In this document: piece by piece, positions 30,519-40,919 of the stretch
Layout of the letters: the number at the start of each line of letters is the position of its first letter
Numbering within the stretch: position 1 is the stretch's first letter
Source of the DNA: Candidatus Sungiibacteriota bacterium
GTDB lineage: Bacteria; Patescibacteriota; Minisyncoccia; Sungbacterales; SURF-37
Direction: 5' to 3'
DNA length: 64,000 nucleotides
Assembly: GCA_016186145.1 (NCBI GenBank)
Contig: JACPMF010000002.1
Location: 82,473 to 146,472, forward strand
Translations under genes and position numbers: made by a program
Notes under the pieces: generated by a model
The model's input: the letters and a program-made list of their open reading frames with translations, nothing else
The model's database searches: none
What the model was told of the DNA's origin: nothing

Positions 30519-30589
30519 CTCGGGGGCTTGGATTCGAACCAAGATACCATGCTCCAGAGGCATGGGTCCTACCATTAGACGACCCCCGA
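30519..30589 (-). tRNA. tRNA-Gln (anticodon CTG), no encoded CCA
   Basis: Minus-strand TCGGGGGTCGTCTAATGGTAGGACCCATGCCTCTGGAGCATGGTATCTTGGTTCGAATCCAAGCCCCCGAG. Acceptor 7 bp; 3-bp D-stem (Gln-like); anticodon loop CUCUGGA; T-arm CTTGG-TTCGAAT-CCAAG. Confidence 0.8.
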
Positions 30590-30767
30590 GTTCTGGGCGA
30601 GAAAAAAGCGGCATCCGTTCCGGGGCGTAGTACTGCGCCGCTCGCTTCGCTCGCGTGCTCGTAACGCCCGCGAAAAGCTATTCAAACACTTTTCGCCCAT
30701 TAGACGATCCCGGAATAAATTTCTTGAACGCATCTTATAACAAAAAAGGGTGGTTTTCAAACGCCCC

Positions 30768-32432
30768 TTAAAGAATCTTGCGGTATATCTTAAACGCCTC
30801 ATCCCCTTTTTTGTTTTGAATACTCGCCGGCTCAACACCCTCAACATGTCCGAAAAAATCCGGCGAAGGAATAAAATTGGTTGAAACAACAAAATAAACG
30901 TGCCGGAAGCCGGTGCGAAAAAGATAATCGAACCCATTAACGCGAAGCATGTCTCCGTAATCTGAAAACGGAATTACAGGCCAGCCATGATAAACCAGCA
31001 AACGGTCAAAACTCCACATGCGCTCCCCCTGGTCAAAGTTACCGTAGAGCACGATTGCTGCGGGATAGGGCGCGCGTCCTTCCGCCTCGGCCTCTGCCAC
31101 TGCTTTTTCCTGAATGCGCCTCAAAAAACCGAACTTTTCGTACAAAACAAATGCCGGCACTTTATTTTCAAGCTCATTTTCAATCCACGCCGAAAGTTCC
31201 CGATTGCCGGCGTTATAATTTTCATACCGGATCCGAGAGGCAAGCCACGGTTCCAGCCCGACCGAATAATACCTGATTTGATTGTTGACGGTATAAAAAA
31301 TCTCAAATGCGAAAACGACTATAAGAAGAATAAGGGCGGCTTTGGGAAATCGCCAAAGGAACTTTTGGTAAAAAGCGTACATAAAAACACCGACGGCGAT
31401 CGCGATGAAAGGTGTTAACATCGTCAAAAAACGGTTTGACGGCCCAATAACAAGCAAAAGCAAAACGACGAACGGCAAAGAAACGATTAAAAGCAAATAC
31501 CTCCGCACGATATGGCTAAAATTCCTTGCCGCGCCAACCAAAAAAGCGACAAACGCTGACGCAAAAAGCGAAAGAAAAACCCACGAGTTACCCGCGATCA
31601 AGTTTGGAATGAATTGCCCGGCCCGTTCAAGAAAAGTTCCGATTTCTTTTCCCGGCGCAACCCTCCACGCCTCGGGGCGCGGGCCAAAAACGGTTGAAAA
31701 CTGAAAATCGAGATATCCGGTTGCGCGATAAAGCTCAAGATTGTAAATAATCACCGGGCTGAAAACAGCAAGCGCCACACAAAACCCGAACCAGAGTTTT
31801 TTGTTTAAAAATAACCGCGGACGGACCAAAAGAAGATACAACCCGAATATCGGGAAAAGAATCACCGCGGTATATTTGGTAAGAAGCGCCAGACCAACGG
31901 CAATACCAGCATGGAGAAAATAACTGTCCCGCCCCAGCGCTTTCAAAAAGAAAAAAATGCTCGCGAGCATGAAGAAAATGACGTATGACTCCTGCATGCC
32001 AACGCGCGAAATAAATACATGATTAACATTCACTGCAAAAAGACCGGCGGCAATGAGCGCGGCTTCATACGAAAAAAAACGGCGCGCGACAAGATATAAA
32101 AACAGCACCGAAGCGACCCCGAAAAGTACTGACGGCAGACGAAACGCAATAACGTTTTCACCAAAAAGCCGGATAAAAAAATGCTGGATTAAAAACACCA
32201 GCGGCGGATGGTCGTGAAACGAAAACTTAGTCCAGGAAGGAATGCCGGGATCAAACCAGGCAAGAGGAGTTTCCTGCGACGACCAACGGAAATAGTCCAA
32301 GAGCCCGACTGCGCGGAATGCATACGTCGCCTCGTCATTCAACAAATCTCCGCGGGAAAGCCCCCACAAACGAAGAAGGGCGGCAAAAAGCAAAATTGCG
32401 AAAAGAATTATGAGCGCCTGTTTTCTTGACAT
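30768..32432 (-). CDS. GT-C family membrane glycosyltransferase (ArnT/PMT, GT39/GT83-like)
   Basis: 554 aa; multi-TM N-terminal region with the DE motif (LLNDEATYAFRA) typical of ArnT/dolichyl-phosphate-mannose transferases. Confidence 0.75.
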   Translation of the reverse strand: MSRKQALIILFAILLFAALLRLWGLSRGDLLNDEATYAFRAVGLLDYFRWSSQETPLAWFDPGIPSWTKFSFHDHPPLVFLIQHFFIRLFGENVIAFRLPSVLFGVASVLFLYLVARRFFSYEAALIAAGLFAVNVNHVFISRVGMQESYVIFFMLASIFFFLKALGRDSYFLHAGIAVGLALLTKYTAVILFPIFGLYLLLVRPRLFLNKKLWFGFCVALAVFSPVIIYNLELYRATGYLDFQFSTVFGPRPEAWRVAPGKEIGTFLERAGQFIPNLIAGNSWVFLSLFASAFVAFLVGAARNFSHIVRRYLLLIVSLPFVVLLLLVIGPSNRFLTMLTPFIAIAVGVFMYAFYQKFLWRFPKAALILLIVVFAFEIFYTVNNQIRYYSVGLEPWLASRIRYENYNAGNRELSAWIENELENKVPAFVLYEKFGFLRRIQEKAVAEAEAEGRAPYPAAIVLYGNFDQGERMWSFDRLLVYHGWPVIPFSDYGDMLRVNGFDYLFRTGFRHVYFVVSTNFIPSPDFFGHVEGVEPASIQNKKGDEAFKIYRKIL

Positions 32433-32496
32433 ACATGAATTATACTGCAGAATCCCATTGCAGCGTATACGCAGAAATTTCCAACAGCCTCCTCCC

Positions 32497-32528
32497 CTAT
32501 TCTCATATTCTTAAGAATATGAGAATAG
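32497..32528. repeat. 32-bp perfect palindrome CTATTCTCATATTCTTAAGAATATGAGAATAG (intergenic copy)
   Basis: Differs from the iscS copy only at the two symmetric A/T positions. Lies between the glycosyltransferase start and the next gene. Confidence 0.9.
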
Positions 32529-32579
32529 TTAAAAAGCACGACGAACATCCTCGATTTAAGATAATTAAAACCGCGAGTG

Positions 32580-33066
32580 TTAGCTCGCGGCCGAATGCTT
32601 GACGCGTTCAACATGAATCGTATCGTCGTCATCAAGTCTTGCGTATCCTAAAAGGATTTCGGTCTCGGGAAAATGCCTGAAAACAATATTGCCGGCAAGC
32701 CGAAGCTCCCTTTCATGAAAAACCCGTTCCGTTTCGGAATCGGTAAACACATAACCGTCTGCGGCATATTTTCCGCAGTTTTGATGCGTTATGAGAACGA
32801 TTCGCCGAGCGTGGTGCTTTCCAACGGCAAGTCGCAAATCATCAAGCGCCGTTTCCAATCTCCCCGGCTTATCCGGAGAAGAAATATTTTTTGCGCCGCC
32901 GGCTAACCGTATTTCGTCGAAATCACCGATGTCGAACGCTTTGAGTACCGCCCCGCTAAAAGCTGCCCGCCGGCAACTGTCCCTGAAACGAAAGTCCATA
33001 CAGGTTAAGAGAACCGCGCCAACCTCATGTCGTTCAAGAAGTTTTACCTTATCGTGCTGCATAGTT

Positions 33067-33077
<11 letters not shown>
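32580..33077 (-). CDS. Beta-carbonic-anhydrase-like protein (tentative)
   Basis: CxDxR (LTCMDFRFRD) and HxxCG (ITHQNCGKY) motifs in the spacing of beta-CA zinc ligands. The last gene after atpC on the same strand. Confidence 0.45.
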
Positions 33078-34758
<1,681 letters not shown>

Positions 34759-34762
<4 letters not shown>

Positions 34763-35688
34763 GATTCGAGCGCTTCTTTACCGGCTGTTATCTCCGTCAA
34801 CTCTCTCGTTATATTAGCCTGGCGGGATTTATTATACTCGATAGTCAGCTCGCCGATCAACTCTTTCGCGTTTTCCGACGCGTTTTTCATTGCCACCATA
34901 CGCGCCGAATGCTCCGAAGCGTTTGACTCAAGAATAATGTGATGCAGCTGGATTTTAAAAAGCGTTGGCAATAATTTTTCCAAAACCTCTTTTGGCGACG
35001 GCTCGAATTTGTACTCGTACACAAATTTTGAATTTTGAATTTTGAATTTTGAATTTACGCCAGAGGCGTATAGGCCGTATTCTGGTGTGATGCCCCGAAT
35101 TGTCTCTTCAATCTTTCCGGGATTAACAGGCAGCACTTCAATCATTTTTGCTTCCTGTTTTAGGGTGCTTCGGAAGTTAGTGTAAAAAAGCAAAACGCGA
35201 TCCCAATCGTGAATCATGTAGCCATGAAGCAAAAACTCGGCAAGCGGTTCGGTTTCGCTCCTTGAAACATAGTCGCCAAAACCGGTAAATGCGGAAACCG
35301 TTTTTACGCCGCGCGTCAAAAAATAATCCCTCGCTTTTTTTCCTACTGTCACAACACTCGCCTTATTTTCTCTATTTTCTTTGAGCCATCGCTCGTAAAG
35401 CCGCAATACGTTAGAATTAAACGCGCCGGCAAGGCCCTTATCAGAAGTAATAACAAGCACTAAAGTATTTTTCACTTCCCGCTGCTGAAGGATTGCCGGT
35501 TTTTCAGAAATCCGCGCCGTTACGTTTTTCAAAATATCAAGCGCTGCCAACGCATACGGCCTTCCTGAAAGCGCAATGCCTTGCGATCTTCGCATTTTGG
35601 TAGCCGAAACCACTTCCATCGCTTTTGTTATTTGCGAAGTATTTTTTACCGATCGTATTCTTCTTTTGATGTCTTTAAGGGATGCCAT
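34759..35688 (-). CDS. atpG: F0F1 ATP synthase subunit gamma
   Basis: 309 aa; N-terminal MASLKDIKRRIRSVKNTSQITKAMEVVSATKMRRSQ. Carries an in-frame tandem-repeat insertion near the C-terminus. Confidence 0.9.
35034..35067. repeat. Tandem 8-bp repeat (ATTTTGAA x4) inside atpG coding sequence
   Basis: aattttgaattttgaattttgaattttgaattta; read on the minus strand it encodes ..NSKFKIQNSKF... Confidence 0.85.
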
Positions 35689-35743
35689 AACAACACGAGA
35701 TGACGGAAATCATTTTCATTAAGCGCTGACCAAACAGCGCTTT

Positions 35744-37267
35744 TTACAACCTCTTAAACCCCTCTATAGCTTTTTTCAGCCCCCCCTCAACTTCCTGAGA
35801 AAGTTCACCCGAAATTTTTATCTTTTCCAATAAATCTCCGTGCAGTTTCTTTATAAAATCAATAAATTTTGCTTCAACGGCTTTCGTCTCATGAGCCGCT
35901 ATACCGTCAAAATATCCATTAACTCCGGCGTACAACAAAACAACTTGTTCCTCAAACGACACAGGCGCAAAATCATTTTGCTTCAAAAGCTCGGTCAAAA
36001 CCAATCCGCGCTCAATTCTCTTGCGTGTTGCCTCATCGAGGTCGGATGCAAACTGCACAAAGGCCTGAAGTTCGCGAAACTGCGCGAGATCGAGCCGCAA
36101 CCTTCCGGCAACTTTTTTCATTGCTTTAGTCTGGGCTGCCGAACCAACGCGGGATACCGAAAGCCCGACATTCACCGCAGGCCGCACTCCCTGATAAAAC
36201 AAATCCGGCTCCAAATAAATCTGCCCGTCGGTAATTGAAATAACGTTTGTCGGAATGTATGCCGAAACGTCTCCCAGCTGGGTCTCAATAATCGGAAGTG
36301 CGGTCAACGACCCCCCGCCGCGCTCTTTCGACATCTTTGCGGCTCGCTCCAAAAGCCGGGAATGGAGATAAAAAATATCCCCGGGATAGGCCTCGCGCCC
36401 TGGCGGACGGCGAAGCAAAAGCGAAACCTGGCGATAGGCGTTGGCGTGTTTAGAAAGGTCGTCATAAACAACAAGCGCGTCTTCACCCTTGTCCATAAAG
36501 TATTCTCCGATGGCGCATCCTGTAAACGGAGCAATGTATTGCAATGGTGCCGGAACAGAAGCAGCGGCAGAAACCACTACTGTATATTTCATCGCGCCCC
36601 GTTTTTCCAATTCCGCAACAATCTTTCTCACTTTTGATTCGCGTTGTCCTATTGCGACATAAATACAAACCGGCGTTTTGTGCCGCTTATCCTGCGCCTG
36701 ATTTAAAATCGCGTCTATCGCAATAGCCGTTTTCCCCGTTTGCCGATCTCCGATAATAAGTTCGCGCTGGCCCCGGCCAATCGGAATCATTGCGTCAATC
36801 GCCTTTATGCCGGTATGCAGAGGCGTGTTCACGCCCTCGCGGTAAATTACGCCCGGCGCGGTTTTTTCAACCGGATAGTAGGTGGTTTTTTCCGAGTCAG
36901 TAAAAATCGGCCCACGCCCGTCAAGCGGTTCCATTAAAGGACTGACTACCCGTCCGACAAGTTCTTCGCCAACAGGAACTGACAAAACCCGACCCGTCGA
37001 ACGAACCGAATCGCCTTCTTTTACCGAAAGATAATTTCCAAGAACCACCGCTCCTACAGAATCTTCTTCGAGATTCAGCACAATCGCGGTTACCGTGCCA
37101 TCCCCTGTCTCAATCTCAACCATCTCCTGCGACTTTGCATCCGAAAGCCCCCAAATGCGTACAACCCCGTCGGCAACTTCCTGGACCTGCCCAACTTTTT
37201 CGGCTTTTATTTCGGACTTGAAACCCTCTATTTCTTGCTTTAGTTTTTTTATGATCTCTGTTGACAT
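35744..37267 (-). CDS. atpA: F0F1 ATP synthase subunit alpha
   Basis: P-loop GDRQTGKTA; 507 aa. Confidence 0.97.
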   Translation of the reverse strand: MSTEIIKKLKQEIEGFKSEIKAEKVGQVQEVADGVVRIWGLSDAKSQEMVEIETGDGTVTAIVLNLEEDSVGAVVLGNYLSVKEGDSVRSTGRVLSVPVGEELVGRVVSPLMEPLDGRGPIFTDSEKTTYYPVEKTAPGVIYREGVNTPLHTGIKAIDAMIPIGRGQRELIIGDRQTGKTAIAIDAILNQAQDKRHKTPVCIYVAIGQRESKVRKIVAELEKRGAMKYTVVVSAAASVPAPLQYIAPFTGCAIGEYFMDKGEDALVVYDDLSKHANAYRQVSLLLRRPPGREAYPGDIFYLHSRLLERAAKMSKERGGGSLTALPIIETQLGDVSAYIPTNVISITDGQIYLEPDLFYQGVRPAVNVGLSVSRVGSAAQTKAMKKVAGRLRLDLAQFRELQAFVQFASDLDEATRKRIERGLVLTELLKQNDFAPVSFEEQVVLLYAGVNGYFDGIAAHETKAVEAKFIDFIKKLHGDLLEKIKISGELSQEVEGGLKKAIEGFKRL

Positions 37268-37343
37268 AAAAAGTAAATTCTGATATAAATGTTCAAGATA
37301 TTATCGCTCTTTAATACATCGCAAAAACAAGAGGAGGACTGCA

Positions 37344-37651
37344 TGGAATGCGAAAAAGGTCTATTGAGAGAGGGTGCGCTCTTGCTTGCTAAGGGTGTCG
37401 GGCTTTCTCTGGCAGGTATGGGGTATAAACTTCTTCAATTAGCCGAACAAGATAAAAAATTCTCTTCGCTTGCTAAACACCAAACCTTTCCTTCGGGTGA
37501 TGGTTTAGCAGGCACCTTCTCATGGCAGGAACTCGCAGAACTTTTACACCAGCTAGTTTCAGAAGGAACACTACACACCTATACCCCACTAACCCTAGCC
37601 CCAACCCCTCTTATTATATACACTACAAATCCACCACTGCGGCCGCACTAA
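37344..37651 (+). CDS. Small hypothetical protein (102 aa) antisense to the atp operon, in the atpH-atpA gap
   Basis: Strong SD (aaGAGGAGGActgcATG), an amphipathic/hydrophobic segment, and a rho-independent terminator overlapping the stop. The track ORF 37289..37651 is in the same frame. Confidence 0.35.
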
Positions 37652-37665
37652 AATGCGGCTTTTTA
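37640..37665 (+). terminator. Rho-independent terminator (GCCGCActaaaaTGCGGC + T5)
   Basis: Hairpin plus TTTTT directly after the antisense ORF stop. Confidence 0.5.
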
Positions 37666-38040
37666 ATGGTACAAAAACATTTTTTGTAGCCTTGCTTTTA
37701 CGCTCGCGTCAATAATTGTTTCATCGTTTATTTTTATAATTACACCGCCTACAATTTCCGGCTTGGTTGAAAAATTTATCTCGTCCGCTTTCCCAAATCT
37801 TTCACGGATTTTGGGCTCAAGCTCTTTTCTCATATCCCGCGCCGTAGTTACTTCGATTTTTTTTATGCCGCTTTTTTTATAAAAAAGTTTTTCAATATGA
37901 CAAAGAATTTCCGGAAGTTTTGGCAAATCGCCGCTTCGCCTCACCAATCTTAAAAAATTTCCTGTTATTTCGTGGGTGATGCTCTTTTTTTCCACTGCCC
38001 CCCAAAATGCAGCAGCATATGTTGCTGGTGTATACCTCAT
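37663..38040 (-). CDS. atpH: F0F1 ATP synthase subunit delta (short form)
   Basis: 125 aa; C-terminal OSCP-like PEIVGGVIIKINDETIIDASVKARLQKM. Its start overlaps the atpF stop. Confidence 0.7.
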   Translation of the reverse strand: MRYTPATYAAAFWGAVEKKSITHEITGNFLRLVRRSGDLPKLPEILCHIEKLFYKKSGIKKIEVTTARDMRKELEPKIRERFGKADEINFSTKPEIVGGVIIKINDETIIDASVKARLQKMFLYH

Positions 38041-38537
38041 ACTGTTTCGAGTTCACGAAGAGCCTTATCAACAAGCTCCCCGTCAATTTTCTCGGGCGAA
38101 CGCTCAACTACTTTTGCAACGGCAAGCCGCACCAATTCGGCGGCTTCCTTGGAAAACGACTCGGCCGCTATCCGCTTTTCTTCTTCGACCCTTCGTTTTC
38201 CGTCCCGTATAACTTCCTCACTCTTTTTAACTGCTTCAGTCAAGATTTCTGCCTCTTTTTTCTTACCCAATGATTCTGCTCGCGCAATAAGACCTAATGA
38301 CTCACTCTCAGCCTTTTTTATAATCGCCCCTTTTTCTGAATCTGCTTCTTTTAGTTTCTTCTCTGCCTCCTCGCGCATCAAAATCCCCTCGCGAATCTTC
38401 TCGCGCCTGGTTTCAAGCATGCCAAGAATAGGCCGATACGCAAACTTCAAAAAAACAAAAAAAAGTATTCCGAAATTCACTGCTTGCGCCAACACAAGCC
38501 GCCAATCAATACCGAATTGGTGAATTAATTCAGACAA
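38037..38537 (-). CDS. atpF: F0F1 ATP synthase subunit b
   Basis: N-terminal TM helix followed by a long charged helix; 166 aa. Confidence 0.8.
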   Translation of the reverse strand: MSELIHQFGIDWRLVLAQAVNFGILFFVFLKFAYRPILGMLETRREKIREGILMREEAEKKLKEADSEKGAIIKKAESESLGLIARAESLGKKKEAEILTEAVKKSEEVIRDGKRRVEEEKRIAAESFSKEAAELVRLAVAKVVERSPEKIDGELVDKALRELETV

Positions 38538-38650
38538 CTTTTATCTTTCCGTGCACTTCCGCGTAGCTATCTGCGTTATTCCGCTTCTATCAACCATAGA
38601 AGCAGATCAACGCGGAATGCGACGCGGATCAACACAGATGATTTACTGAT

Positions 38651-38863
38651 TTAGACGAACTTCAAAATAAGCGCGACCACAAGCGCGTAGATCGCGATCG
38701 CTTCGGCAAAGGCAATTGCCAAAATCATCGCGGTCTGAATTTTATTCGACGCCTCCGGATTTCTGCCTATTGCTTCAAGCCCTTTCCCTGCAAGCCATCC
38801 AATGGCAAGGGCCGGAGCGATCGTACCAATACCCATAACAAGGGCGACAGGTAAATTTTCCAT
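38651..38863 (-). CDS. atpE: F0F1 ATP synthase subunit c
   Basis: 70-aa helical hairpin with GRNPE loop and conserved carboxylate (AFAEAIAIYALV). Confidence 0.9.
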   Translation of the reverse strand: MENLPVALVMGIGTIAPALAIGWLAGKGLEAIGRNPEASNKIQTAMILAIAFAEAIAIYALVVALILKFV

Positions 38864-38946
38864 AAATTGTTACAGAAATAGAAAATTTAGAAACTAAGAA
38901 ATTTTCAAACCGCAATTTCTCAATTTCTAATTTCTCATTTTCTTAG

Positions 38947-39696
38947 CTAATGATGTTCGACCACGGCGATACTCATAAATACTAATGTCAGCATAGCAAA
39001 AACAAGGGCCTGAATAAATCCGACGAACATTTCAAGCATCAAAAACGGAAGCGGGACAAAAACGGGCACCAGAAAACCGATGATAATCAGCAAAACTTCT
39101 CCGGCAAAAATATTGCCGAAAAGCCGGAACGAGAACGAAATCATCTTAGCAATTTCGGAAACAATTTCAAGGATGCCGACGAAAAACTGAATCGGCCCCC
39201 TGAAAGAAAAGTATTTGCCGATATGTTTCGAAAGCCCGATTGCGGAAATGCCAATAAGCTGGGTTGCAAAAACAGAGATGATCGCGAGCGCGAGGGTAAA
39301 ATTCAAATCGCTGGCACTCGACCGAAAAAACGGAACAAAAACCTCTTCGCCGGGGTATGCATGCGACTCTTCATAAATGCCGGCGGAACCGAGAAACGGA
39401 AAAATACCAAACCAATTTGAAATGAGAATAAAAATAAAGATGGTGGCAATAAACGGAAAATATTTTTCTGCCTTTTGTTTACTGCCAAACGGACCCTCCA
39501 TCAGACCAAGCACCCCTTCAACAGCAACCTCAAAAACATTCTGGACCCCGGCAGGAATAAGCGCGGGACGCCGCAAAAAAATAACGCTCATAAAAATAAG
39601 CGCCGCCACCACAAGCCAGCCCATTAATAATGTATTCGTTATGGGAAAACCAAAGACTGAAAAAATTTTTTCCGCCGCTATGGATATTTCGATCAT
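38947..39696 (-). CDS. atpB: F0F1 ATP synthase subunit a
   Basis: 249 aa with 5-6 TM helices and conserved Arg in the RLFGNIFAGE motif. Confidence 0.9.
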   Translation of the reverse strand: MIEISIAAEKIFSVFGFPITNTLLMGWLVVAALIFMSVIFLRRPALIPAGVQNVFEVAVEGVLGLMEGPFGSKQKAEKYFPFIATIFIFILISNWFGIFPFLGSAGIYEESHAYPGEEVFVPFFRSSASDLNFTLALAIISVFATQLIGISAIGLSKHIGKYFSFRGPIQFFVGILEIVSEIAKMISFSFRLFGNIFAGEVLLIIIGFLVPVFVPLPFLMLEMFVGFIQALVFAMLTLVFMSIAVVEHH

Positions 39697-39723
39697 GCCA
39701 ATTTTATTCGAGCGTAAGCGAGA

Positions 39724-39806
39724 CTATAAAATTGAGCACCCTGTTAAATGCCGCTTTGCGGCAATTTCGCCAAAGGCGAAATTATTTAACAGGGTAAAGG
39801 TTTGGC
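39724..39806 (+). repeat. MITE/REP-like element, copy B
   Basis: actataaaattgagcaccctgttaaatgccgctttgcggcaatttcgccaaaggcgaaattatttaacagggtaaaggtttgg. Lies in the atpB-prx spacer. Nearly identical to copy E in reverse orientation. Confidence 0.85.
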
Positions 39807-39814
39807 GACAAAAT

Positions 39815-40423
39815 TTACTTCGTGTGCGGCACTCGTAAATTTTGGCCAAACTCTTTATACACCTTCCCTGCCTTCTTAATTGACGGCTCAAGCGCGCCAA
39901 TCTCTTCCCAACTCGCAGGGCATACCTTTCCGGGATTTCTCGAAACGAAATCAAGCGCTTTCAACTTACGAAGCGCGTCATGCGCCGAACGGCCGATAGC
40001 ATCGGCAACAATGTCGACAGCACGCAAAACCCCTTCAGGATCAACAATGAAAGTTGCGCGCTGGGCCATTCCTTTTTCTTCATCGTAAATACCAAGCTCT
40101 TTCGAGAATCGGCCGTTATGATCTGCTGCCATCACACACCTGAATCCGGCGAGCAATTCTTCAACCTCAAGCCATGCCTTGTGGGTAAATACCGTATCAG
40201 TACTCGCAACCACGACTTCGGCGTTCATCTTTTTAAATTCGGCATGAAGTTTATTAAGATCTGCAAGCTCGGTCGGACAAACAAACGTAAAATCAGCCGG
40301 GTAAAACATCAGCACCGTCCATTTGCCGGCAAGATCTTTTAAGGCGAGGCGTCCTGTCTCATCTTTATCCGGCAAATAAACCTCGAGAGAAAACGAAGGA
40401 AATTTTTGATCAACTTGAAACAT
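39815..40423 (-). CDS. 2-Cys peroxiredoxin (AhpC/TSA family)
   Basis: FTFVCPTEL peroxidatic Cys and VCPA resolving Cys; 202 aa. Confidence 0.9.
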   Translation of the reverse strand: MFQVDQKFPSFSLEVYLPDKDETGRLALKDLAGKWTVLMFYPADFTFVCPTELADLNKLHAEFKKMNAEVVVASTDTVFTHKAWLEVEELLAGFRCVMAADHNGRFSKELGIYDEEKGMAQRATFIVDPEGVLRAVDIVADAIGRSAHDALRKLKALDFVSRNPGKVCPASWEEIGALEPSIKKAGKVYKEFGQNLRVPHTK

Positions 40424-40472
40424 GCGAATTTTCTCAGCGAGGCGAGCGACTACGCTCGCGAAGCCGAGCTGT

Positions 40473-40595
40473 TAGAAAATTCAGCACCCTGTTAAATAAT
40501 TCCGCCAAGGGCGGAATTCCCCTGTTAAATCTTTTGCCGAAGGCAAAAGAAAACCAAAGGTTTTATTTAACAGGGGATTTAACAGGGTAAAGGTT
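40473..40595 (+). repeat. MITE/REP-like element, copy C (contains a nested second terminus)
   Basis: ttagaaaattcagcaccctgttaaataattccgccaagggcggaattcccctgttaaat...tatttaacaggggatttaacagggtaaaggttttg; upstream of prx. Confidence 0.85.
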
Positions 40596-40721
40596 TTGTA
40601 GCCAAAATTTATTCTCCCGCTTACAGCGGGATCCAAATTTTAGACAAAACCCTTTACATACAAGAGTGTACCTAACAAATAGAACCACGGCAAGTATCAT
40701 CCCGAGGCAATCAACAACAAA

Positions 40722-40919
40722 CTATTTGGCAAGCAACTGATTTATTTTTTTGAGAGTCATCTGGCCGACAAATCCGGAGCCTTCGCTGAGTCCGACAGGC
40801 ATTAAAATTTCATCGAGATATTTCTCCTGAAAACGAATCACCGCCTGCTTGGTGAGCGAGCCGAAAAATGTAAACGCCTTCTCGAACCAAAAGCTCTTGA
40901 ATGGTTTTGACGTCGTCAC
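40722..40919 (-). pseudogene. Out-of-frame continuation of the last peptidoglycan-binding repeat of the giant surface-protein gene (3' frameshift)
   Basis: ORF ...FFGSLTKQAVIRFQEKYLDEIL...LKKINQLLAK repeats the PG_binding_1 sequence of the upstream copy. Copy 40818-40929 differs from copy 41098-41229 by a net 20-nt deletion (ccggtaataaggccttcgggg replaced by g). Confidence 0.5.

Noticed and set aside
29762-30550. Long form of the membrane-protein ORF (262 aa)
   Set aside because: Its first 35 codons overlap tRNA-Gln on the same strand, so the start was moved to the internal Met at 30445.
30596-30715. Second tRNA gene next to tRNA-Gln, suggested by a TCTAATGG D-loop-like string and acceptor-like ends
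   Set aside because: The segment is about 120 nt with no canonical anticodon or T arms. Only the first roughly 18 nt resemble a tRNA 5' half. Treated as a partial duplicate or remnant, not a gene.
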